A DNA stretch of 64,000 nt from Trichosphaerium sp. ATCC 40318 (taxonomy: Eukaryota > Protista > Tubulinea): contig JALMLS010000564.1 in NCBI GenBank assembly GCA_038496445.1, positions 62,001 to 126,000 on the forward strand, in the 5' to 3' direction. Below are positions 14,124-24,812 of the stretch, in pieces. Each line of letters begins with the position of its first letter. Position 1 is the stretch's first letter. A program made the translations under genes and the position numbers. The notes beneath the pieces are model-generated. The model saw only the letters and a list, made by a program, of their open reading frames with translations, did no database searches and was not told where the DNA came from.

Positions 14124-14711
14124 TGTTGATAACAGTGGAGAGTTTGAAATAATTGTACCCGTTATTTTGTTCAATTCAGAAAAACAATGTCCGTCGAAAC
14201 ATTAAAGCAACATTCCTTGAATACCCGGTTATAGTTACATGCGAACTTCACTAATTTTCTTTCTTCATACCTTGGCATGTCTTAGCACATATCTCACATC
14301 GCTGCCTTATTAACATAAATCGTTGGTGAACTAGTTGAACTGAATTCTGTGCAAAGCATCCCAATGATCTTTAGACATGGTTTATACCTCTGCACGGCAT
14401 CACGGAACCTTCACAGAAGAAAATTTGAACAGATAAGTCGCTTTAGAGATCACGTGACATACAGTATAAAACAAGAACGAGTAGAGAAGAGGTAATTTAT
14501 TTAAAAGTATGTACAAAAAGAGAATAAGAAATTGTCAACATGAAAAGAAGTTCTGAGCACTTTGTTTTTTCGTTGTTTACCGCATAACTTAGATGTGGTT
14601 TTAACATGTTGTAAATAGTGCTGGGTATCTAATTCATTGACTAACTTTTATGCAAGGGGTTGAGGAAGTTCGAACTATCTTTCAGAAAGCAAACTATGAA
14701 TAACACGATGT

Positions 14712-15943
14712 TCACATAGGACCTGCGCGACGTCGTGGTTTCTTGTTTTTCCCTATCATTTTCCGTATTTTCATGAACTGTTTTTTGAGACCCTCGTAGT
14801 CGCAAGTCATAGCACTCAACATTGCTTTTTGAATCTCTTCCGCCTTTTCTTCCAAAAACTTCCACATGTGGCAAAAGTGAAGAAATTGTGGGTCATCTTC
14901 GCAGTGTCTACCGTGCCAGTTGATCTTGTTGAAGGTATCTACACATGTTTCATATGTTTGCGGTGGGAAAACCAATAGAATGAACACGTGTACAAGAGCT
15001 ATTAAGTCATGCGAAGGTCGGTAAGTAAGATGACCGTGAGCAGCTACTTTGTACAGAATATCTGAACTTGCGCAGAACAAGTCGCCCATGTAGTCTTGTA
15101 CTGCGTTTTTTTCATAGGTAAATCTCCAGTCAACCAAGAATGCTGTTCCGTTGTACTTCATAATAGAGTGTCGATTTATACCCCTACGAAAAAAATCAAA
15201 GTCAGTACTGATTGAATAAATTTATAAATTAAATGGCTGCCACAGGCACCACATAAAACGTTGTTAGTGCCTTACAGACAACAAAATTTACACCGTTATT
15301 TAGGCGTGCTAGTCAACGCTGAAACGATGTATAGCACCATAGTAAGAAAGTTCGAACAAACTAAATCTGGAAAAACAATATACCTGTTGACAATTCCGAG
15401 GGCGTGTGCCTGGTGTAGGGCATCCACAATAGGAGATAATGGCGGACAATCTTCAATGCTAATAATTGGTTGACAGGCAGGAGTCAACGCGAAAAAAGTG
15501 TTTCCCTGAGGAGTTACACCGCCATCTCTCTAAAAAACATCAGAACACAGACTTAATGTGCAAGCACTTAAACGAAAAATATGATTGATTTGACGTACCA
15601 ATCTTGGTATGCATTCAACTTGACTATCGTAGAGGAATTCTAGAGCCATTTTCTCTGTTTTATGGGAATCGTTATTGAATACTTTAACAGCAACAGCCTC
15701 ATTTTCAACTTGCGTTAAAAAAGCCGATATCGAGTCTGAACCTGTCTCTATTGGCCGTATTGTTCGTCTTACGATCCCACCAATAGTAAAGTTAGGTAAG
15801 GCGGTCTGTCTCCTGTCGTTTTGGGGAGCGCGGGCGTCTATAGAGCGTTAATTCGTAAAGTGTAAAAAGAAATTACAATCCGTTTAAAATGTAGTACAAG
15901 ATTGACGTAACGTACTTTGATGTTGTTGCATTGATCTATTCAT
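14712..15943 (-). CDS. protein kinase-like protein, probably catalytically inactive
   Basis: Motifs VAVKVF, EKMALEFL..CIPRL, IVDALHQAHALGIVNR|GINRHSIM, AFLVDWR and HDLIALV give kinase subdomains II-IX with a degenerate HRD and DFG. Confidence 0.75.
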
Positions 15944-16643
15944 GTTGTGTAGTTATCTTGTAATAGTTTTAGAACCTGAGGTGTTGTTGTGTTCTTTGTA
16001 GAAGCTTGTAAATTATGATAAAACACTTAACGGCCGAAACTTGCTCCGCACTTAATAAATGATTGATAAAAGTTTACTGAACTTGCACTGCGTGATGTAG
16101 AAAACACTCACAGTACTAAAAACCAGAAATCTATCAAAGGACAAGAAAGTTGAATCACGTAATTAGAAAAAATCAATCAAAAAAAGTGAACGCTTATCTA
16201 TGATTACGTTTATTCTTTTACTGGTTGCATCACTCACAATCTTTAGGAAGAGTAAATTCTATTATTTGCGTATTTTTCAATCTGTACAATTAATGTGAAT
16301 GATTTCGATTTTTGAACGATAGAAATCACTCTTTGTAGAGGTTTCTGTCGACGTAGAAGACTGAAAAAGCAAGAAATTTTCGTCGAACAACGTAAGGTTG
16401 ATAAACAAAGAGTACAAATTCTACAAACAGGTGAGCCCTGATAGAAAAGAAAACACCAGAAAAAATTGCTTGAAAAAAAAAAAAGAGTTTGTTGGAGCAT
16501 TTTTGGCAAACAGCAAGCGTAAACAATACTCTATTTCTTACATAGAAAAACATCGATACTATCATAATATACAACTATCTTTTATTTTCATCTTGTTTCT
16601 TTTCTTTCAACAAAAAACAAGTTGTTCCTCTTTTTTTTTGTAT

Positions 16644-17538
16644 TTACAGAATATTACATCGCCAAGAACTCTTTTTCTTTTTTCTTTTTTTCTTATTTGT
16701 AACCTGATCGCTTTTCTTATCAACCATAGCAGCAGGATGAGCACCAACAAGAACAGCATGATTAAATATCCTCTGTACACTACGTCTATCATGCATACTA
16801 CATTGAAAAAACTCACAAGCACCAACACTCCTAACAGCGTCTAAACCTTGTACCATAGAATTACGATTACGGCTTTTTTTAGACCTTGTAGGATCAACCA
16901 AATCAGACTTTGTTCCAACTAAGATTACTGGCTTTGAAGGGCAGTATTTTGTTATTAACTGTGTCCACTTTAAAGTAGAGGTAAGTACGTTGTAAGACAC
17001 ATAAGAATAAACGAGGGAAGTACTGTAGTACCTTGTCAAAAACGGCAATGCTCCGCAAACTGTTTGGGTCTATTAAAGAATAGCATAGAAGGACTACATC
17101 AGGTTTAGGATCGAAAGCCAAAGGATACACGCTACTAAATTGGTCTCCTCCTGCCTAAAAAGTTATAAGCATCCTCTGCGAGTTTAGTGTACGTGTTCCT
17201 TTGCAGAAACGAATGGAAAAGAAGAAACAAGCGCGAAAGGAATTCTTTCGAGGTAAAATCACTTTATACTGCGTATTGTGATATACACTTACAATGTCCC
17301 ATATATTAAGTGTAAAATGAACGCCGTCGATAAGTATATTGATCGGATGGGTATTTATTCCTTTCGAGCTGCTCTCAATAATAGTGCTATCTGAGAGGTT
17401 TACAGCAAACTTCTTGATCATCTCCGTCTTTCCTATTGATAGGCAACACAGTTAATTTCTTTCAAATAACAGAACTCCATACACTCCACACGTACCTACG
17501 CCTGCGTCTCCAAGTACAACACATTTAATAGCGTTCAT
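16644..17538 (-). CDS. divergent Rho/Rac family small GTPase
   Basis: MNAIKCVVLGDAGV|GKT P-loop, LNIWDI|AGG, PVILVGTKSDL, FFQCS, a polybasic tail and the CNIL CaaX box. Confidence 0.92.
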
Positions 17539-17881
17539 CTTGGAGGGTTTTCTCTACTCTTATTATTTTTTTTGATAGGCTGACTTTCGCGCTTTATTAA
17601 CACGTGTGGTCAACGGCAAGTTTGTTTGATCTCAATTTTCTGTTTGCTACTGGGTAATTAAGCAGGATCCATGAATGTAGAACGCGAAACATCACGTGAT
17701 ACTTTTGTTCAGCAATAAGAAGTTTAAAACACTTAATATGAACTTCAAAAGTACTGCGAATGGAAAATATTGCGTCAAAAATCTTTTTTGAAGGAGATTG
17801 ATTATGGGGATGCTTGGTGTCAAAACAAACGAGTTTTCTTTGTTCACACTTACCCAAGTACGTTTCTTTAATCAAAACCAA

Positions 17882-18705
17882 ATGTTTATTCGCAACGTGG
17901 CGGTTGGTATAATGCTTGCGAGCTTATTTGTTCATTGGTAATAGAATATTTGAACTACACGGTTTCTAACGTATTTTAGGTGGCCAAATCAAACCCCTGG
18001 TATGCAGAGAAGAAATATAAGACAATCAAACTTCAAAAGCCTTACTTCGCCTACTAGTCGTTACATTACTATCAACAGCGGCCTATAATCAAAGGACAAA
18101 GCCAATCATAGAGCCAGCGCTTCAGTATCTTGAAGAAAACGAATTGTGGTTGAAAGAGAATGCAAACGTTGGCCCAGACGCCTATAAATTGACAGGAGGA
18201 CGATTTTTAGCAGCAGGTAACATAAACTACGTCAATCTAATCGTTCTTGCTCATCCGTATCGTTTATCGTGTCACTCATGCATATTAATTACCGTGTCAT
18301 ATTTTTTAACGTTATTGTAACCTGCACAGAGCTTATCGGACTTTAGGATTTGGTATCTTTTTAGTAGGTTGCCTACTACTCGCTGTAACACCAATGGGAG
18401 GCGTACGCCTTTTTTAAACGCAAATAGAAATTATATGAAATGAAATAGCTACAATGAAGTCTTTCTGACTTATATTTAGGTTGTCGCTTTGTTTGGTACG
18501 TAAACAAACTATAAAAAAACATGTTTGCAAGCACTTTGGTACAAAAGATGTCTCTGGTCTCATTTTTGGTTTTTTTTTTGCTTTAGGCTTGATATTGATA
18601 TACTGGGTCATGCAACTGAACGATATTCCTTATTCCCCAAAATACCCTGGACCTATATTAGGCGCGTTATTTTTTTCTACATTCCGAACAAACAAACTTT
18701 TCTGA
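17882..18705 (+). CDS. small multi-exon membrane protein, unknown function
   Basis: Spliced model MFIRNVAVGIMLASLFVHW...GGRFLAAGFGIFLVGCLLLAVTPMGGVVALFGLILIYWVMQ...NKLF*, with canonical GT-AG introns and hydrophobic segments. Confidence 0.5.
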
Positions 18706-19542
18706 AGCGGTACATAAATGACTGTACTACTTGTCATCTTATTCTCTTGTTTTTGAAAAAAACTTTGTGGCGGTTCATTTGGGTCGTGGGCACCTTTTTG
18801 GTTTATGAAACGTCAAATTTTTTTTTTCTTCTTTTTTTTGATGATGTTTCGAGAAGATCTTTTTTTAACATCACCTAAAAAAGTTTTTTTCATTTGTTTG
18901 ACACTTCTTTAGCTGTTGGTGGTTCTATACTACTTTATTCTTCCTTTATCGCCGGTTCATGTTGCACAGATAATCGCTATTATTACGACCACCGGTGAAC
19001 AAAAAAAAAAAAAAAAAAAAGTGTACGCTCACGACGTTAACGTTGATGATCGAAACCGAATAAACAATAAAAAGCAGGGTAAAACAAAAAGGAGTTCGGT
19101 AACTACCCTCAAAGTTGGGAAAGTTGCTAACTTGGTTCCTCCCAATTTATAAAAAGAAGTTGTTTCTCAAGTCCAATTATGCATATTGCAATAAATAATA
19201 CATAAATTGTAAAGATATGACACTTTGTCGTAAAGATTTTCCGCAATTTGGCGAATTCTTTTTTTTTGTAGCAAGCGCGGGGTTTAGAAATGCCGTATCT
19301 TATCGTATTAAATCACAACAGCGTACCAATAAGGGCAATTTGAAAACTGCGCGCAATATCGTGTATTCCAGATTTTTGCCTGGCAAGTTTTGCTCTGACC
19401 ACAAATCGCTCGTACATTTGTTCTTTGCAGCGTGTGCATATCAGTACATATTCGTAGCAAGAAAAAACACAATTGAGGAGCTTTAAAAGCACGAACTAAG
19501 ATCTAGCTTAGAACTTCTCCCCGAAAGACCCGAAGCAAACGA

Positions 19543-22083
19543 ATGGATCCTTGGCTAGTACAAAATAAGGTTGGTGACACTATGGAACCACTTCATTTGG
19601 AAGGCTTCGACGACGAGGCGAAGTTTTTGGAAGAGATGCTAGAGGACACCCTTGTTGCTCAAACGACTCAAGAATTACGTGTTCGCAAACCAGACATTAC
19701 TGTGCTCCTTCTACATAAGCCCCGAGGCGGAAAAGGGGTGTGGAAGCAAATCCAAGCCGAGGAGCAAATAAGGGTCACCAAAGGCGTTGGTAAGAAGATG
19801 AAAGTAACTGTGGAGAGTACGAAACAATTTTCGATACAAGACGTGGAGCTACACTTGATTGATGAGGCAGCACCACACTCAAGGGAAGAAAGTGGCCGTT
19901 TCAAGATAGAAAACAATCACCTCAAGCCTAACGGTGATGGTGGTAGTACAGCGGAACTAGAGCTCAAACTATTTCATTTATCCAAAGTGCTGTATTATCA
20001 AGTGAAGGTTAAAACAGCATTGGGTCTACTAACCGGCGTTTCCTGCATTTTTGGTGCCCACAACTCGGGTAAACAACGGTACGCTTTCCAATTAAATATT
20101 TAAATACTCTCTATTATGTTATTGCATTTTTACGTGAGTAACGAAACCGTACAATGCGCGTGGCGACATTTCTGACAAAAAAAAATATCAAACAAAAAGT
20201 TTATTTCTAAAATGTGTTCTTAGGGCTCGTAAAAAAGCTGACAGTGATTCTGGACGTAAACGAAAACGTTTTATGTTTGAGCACGTTGTACCCGGATCGT
20301 TAAATGTACAAGGAACCCTTCATGCACAAAACATTGTTCAATATTCAGATTTGAGACTAAAGACGAATATTAAAGAGCTTACGGATGCCTTGGAGACTGT
20401 AAAGAAGTTACAAGGTAAAAATTTTACCTGGAAGCATAATCAAGTTTTTGACAAAGACGAACCACAAAAACGCGTTATTGGGCTTATTGCCCAAGAGGTG
20501 CAACGGTACGTTTTTTATTTATTTGTTTTATTTTTTGTTTTTTGTTTTTTTGATAAATCGTTTTTTTTGTTTTGAAGGTGTTCACGTATTTTGATGTGTT
20601 GTTGTTTTTTGACATAAATTAGGGTCCTACCTGACGCTGTTTATACTGACGAGCAAGGATTTTTATCTGTTAGTTATGTAGATATGATTCCTATGGTTTT
20701 AGAGGCTCTAAAGCAACATTTGCGTAATTATGATTCTGACAAGCGTTCGCTTAAATCTGATATGGCTGAGATATCCAAACAAGTTGATCAACTCCAACAG
20801 TACAAAGGTGAAAAGGCAGCACAGGTTCGAGCCGAATTAGAAGACCTACAACGTCAGTTAGACTCTATTAAAAAGAAACATAATACTGGCTTCCCATTGA
20901 ACGGTGGTTCTGTTTCTGCTCAGAGGGAATATTTACAACGTATTGCTCAACGGATGAAGGAATTTGGACGTCGGCGGATTCTTCCTGAAGCACAACGACA
21001 AAACGCAAAACTTTCAATTTGTGCAATACAGCGTAATCCTAATGGCGATTTGGATGATTTTTATTTGGTGTGCTATAAGCACGATGGGTTATTACCTGAT
21101 GTAGCAAGTACGACACGCGTCCTTTTTTTTTTTTGTTGTTGTTGGGTTTTCCTTCTTTTCTTCTTTTGTGACGTCATGAACTCAGTTTTATTTTGTACTC
21201 ATGTTATGTAATTTAGCTACTATTGGTAAGGGTCCTCACATGGGCCGCTGTATTTCTATTGGGGGAAGTGGGTCTGATTATACTGGTATTTATACCGCTA
21301 TAGTTGGTATAGATAAGGCTAAACACCCAAATTTTTGTTCTCATGGTGGTATTGTAGCTCGTACGTACTAATTTGGTTAAAACTATTTTTTTTGGTTTGG
21401 GTGCTTTTTTTTGACGTTGTTGCAGTTTTTGATTGGCGTAAATATGGTATGCTTGAAGAGATGAAGCTTATACCTTGCACACCAGTAAAAATAGCAACTA
21501 CTGCCACTGAAGGTAATTTATGGCTTGTTGGGCGCTTTGTGGTCACAAACTTTGACTCTTTTTGGGTGTCAACTGGTCCTCCACCAAGTAAGTTTTTTAA
21601 TTCTCCGCTTTTGAAGAAAACCTTTTTTTTGTTTGCGGTTGTCTTCTAACGCGTTTTTTGCTTTAGGTCAGCAACAACCTAACCAAGAAGCTGCAAATAC
21701 AACGTATCAACAACAAGGCAGAAATGCTGATATTCGTGGGCCACCGTTACATAGCAGTATTCAAGGTTATGGTCCGCCAGGCGCTCAAGCTCAGCCTAAC
21801 GGTGTATCTTATGCTTACCAACCTCCACCACCTGTTCATGGGCGTGGTTATGGTGGCCAACCAAATTATGCTGGCCAAGTTCAGTATGCACATGCTCGTG
21901 GTGGGCAACAAGCTTACGTAAGTTTTTTCGAATAATTCATTTATTTTCTTTTTGTTCAGTTTTCGGAGCTTTGTTTTAACTTGTTTTCTCTAGCAGGACA
22001 TGACCTACGCACAACAACCACAACAAAGGATGCCACAAGCTGCTTGGGCACCAGATCAACAACAAGGATACTCTCAGTGGTAA
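19543..22083 (+). CDS. MYRF/MrfA-like protein: N-terminal beta-rich domain, NLS, peptidase S74 (intramolecular chaperone autocleavage) domain, coiled coil, C-terminal domain, Q/P/G/Y-rich tail
   Basis: Motifs GSLNVQGTLHAQNIVQYSDLRLKTNI...GLIAQEVQRVLPDAV...SVSYVDMIPMVLEALK are a Peptidase_S74/ICA signature with Ser at i and Lys at i+5. A basic stretch RARKK..GRKRKR precedes it. Confidence 0.88.
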
Positions 22084-22422
22084 AGAGTAAAAAAAAATAT
22101 GTAAGAAATAAAAACAAATGTACATAGCCTTTTAAAGCAAAGAACGTCTTTTACGTTTCCGAGTAACCGAGTACGTTTTTTTGAAACAGTTATCCATGCA
22201 TTTTCTTTATTATTTAAACCAACCATGTCAATTTTATCCTCTCTCCAGTCAACCTCCGCATTTATTTTGTATGTATGTATACGTATTGTTATATAATCTA
22301 TTTTCTGTGAGGCGGGTATGTACAGCCGTCAATATTGGTCATTTTTAAAGCGAATATCCAAGAATTTTGTTGTGCGAAATTTGGACTTCCGGCTTACTTG
22401 TAATTGCTGTTTCTTGTTAAAG

Positions 22423-24300
22423 ATGAAACGTGCTGCGCCAACGAAGGTTACAGCGCCCGTAGCTAAGAAACAAAAACTTCTTTCATTTGCACCGCTTTCT
22501 AAGACTGGTGGTACAGTTATTGGTGGTACCGTTACAACCGTAAGTAAGGAAAACGGCTCTTTATCAACAAACTCGACAGAAAGCACCGAAAAAAGACCGA
22601 CTGGCGTCACGACAATTGAAACAAACGGCGTATCAGGCTCTAAACTGGAAAATGGAAAAACGACCGACGTGAGCTTAACAAAGTCCGTAGAGAGCGTAGA
22701 TGACTCAAAATCAATAGACTCATCGCAAGGAGGAGAGAATATAACGATAAAAACGGAGAATAACAAAGTTATAAAGCCAAAAACTCAAGTCGAAGCAAAA
22801 ACTCAATGCGCAAAGGATATACAAGATATTATAATTAATATCGTATCTCCAGCGATATTATCACAGATAGTTCAATGCCTTATACTATCTGCATGTACAA
22901 TATGCCGTAAACGTGGTAAACTAGCTAATACATTAACATGCGACTCTGAGAAGTGTAAATCAAAGATCTTGGAGGATATACCTGGTCTTATAATTGATTC
23001 TCATGGTAAAACATGGATGGGACGTTATGTGCCTTTTGTACGTGATAAGATGGCTCCTTTCCCACCTAAGAAGTTGGCGGCTTGTTATAAGAAACTATCT
23101 AATCAGCTTCATGGTCCTTTTCTAAAGTCTATCATTGCAAGGACTTGTTTAAGTCATGGTAAAGAAGCACATTGTAGAGTTATAACAGAACATGGTAAAT
23201 TATCTTGTGGAGCGAATGCATGTCGACAGTATTCTAAGTATGTACCTGATCAGCTTGCTTTAATGATAAATGGTGCTCTTAAAAAGATTGACAGGGATAT
23301 TGCTGTTTTATTTCCACAGAAGGTACTTTGCCACTTTACATATAATCTCTTCACTCGTTATATTATTACTACTCTCTTCCCTCTTCTCTCTTCTATCTTG
23401 TCGTTTTTACAAATTGTTGTTGTACCTACAATCTCTTCATCTTCGAAACAAATACAACGCACTTACAACAAAAAAATTTCCGCATGAGTTGAAGTTTCTT
23501 CGTTGGTGATGTCTTCTTATATCATCGCTTTGTATATGCAATCTATCTTTGTAATATTATGGAGAAAAAACAAAAAGTAAATAATATCCTAGGGTGACAT
23601 TAGAGCAAGGGAGATAAGCAGTAGTCATCATGGCATTGGTAAAAAAGTACAACAGAAAAAGAGATCGTCACCCAACAGATCAACACATGAAACCAGTTCA
23701 CGGGTATCAAAGGAAGTCGAACACATGGTAAATAATCCTATCCACATTAATCACGTGGTTAAAACGTTATTCATTGTAAGTACTTATTATCTCTTTACAG
23801 CACAAACAGTTTTCTTCTTTGTTGCATGCGAAAAAGAATACAAGAAAGACAACTGAAGCTATTCTTATGGATAAGTTGAACGCAGCAAATGATGAGATTA
23901 TAGCATTAAAGGAGGTGTTAGATATGCATAAAAAACAGTCTGAGAGTTGGAAACAATCTCATGATTCTGTAAAACTGTTATTAGATAAAGAACGGCGGAC
24001 TGTTTCTTTATTGAAGAAAACGATTGCATCTAATGAAAGTACAATACAGAAACTTGAAAGAGAAAAAGCAGCGAATAAGAAGGCTATCAAGGAGGCTAAA
24101 AAACAAGCGGTATGTGTTATTTTTATGTTTCTCCATACCACCTCACTTTCAAGGTTTTACACTCACTTTTTTTCGGACCCACGTGCTTAGTGAATCTTAG
24201 TTTTTTCTTCTTTTTTTTTTTTGTTTTATTTTTTGTTTTCTTGAAATGTTCTTGAAACTGACGGAGTTTTTGTTGCTACAGAAGCTTGAAGAAACAGAAA
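22423..24300 (+). CDS. hypothetical protein with S/T-rich N-terminus, two Cys clusters and a C-terminal coiled coil
   Basis: Long first exon (MKRAAPTK..AKKQK; CTICRKR...CDSEKC; CLSH...CGANAC) and a coiled-coil exon at 23819-24110. The 3' end is approximate. Confidence 0.6.
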
Positions 24301-24812
24301 CCAATAACGAAGCTCCAATGCCTTCTTACACGTGGTTGTAAATAATATGGGAACTGTATATTGTAAGCTGTAGGAGGCTTGTTGCTTGTTAAACAAAGTT
24401 TGGTAGAAAAAAAAAAACCTAGACAAAGAAAATAAATTTGCGCTACAGTGGTATGTATACTTGTATAAGTTTCTTGTAGATAACATCCCCCACCCATTGT
24501 TTGATTCAGTGTAATTTTAAAGCGATAATGAAATACGACTTATTTATAGTGGAAAATCGATAAAAAAAGGACAAAGCCACTATTTCCTCGTTTTGTACAT
24601 TGCGTTTTACAAGCAATTTTTTTATCGCTAACCCCGGTTAAATCCTTCGTGTAAAGTAGTTTTTAAGAGCTGACAAGGTCACATTGGATTCTAGAACCAT
24701 GCCAGTGTCGGTTAACTGCTGGAGTATTTTTGAAATATGGGTTTATTGAATGTACACGAATAAAATAAAATGATCACTTGTAAACGTTTAAAAGCTATTT
24801 TTACATTGCCTT

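Noticed and set aside
21108-21426. Hydrophobic ORF stretches as a TM anchor of the S74 protein
   Set aside because: They fall in T-rich GT-AG introns. The spliced frame bypasses them.
19543-22083. Prophage or phage tail-fibre gene suggested by the S74 domain
   Set aside because: The gene has multiple canonical spliceosomal introns, a eukaryotic low-complexity tail and no neighbouring phage genes.
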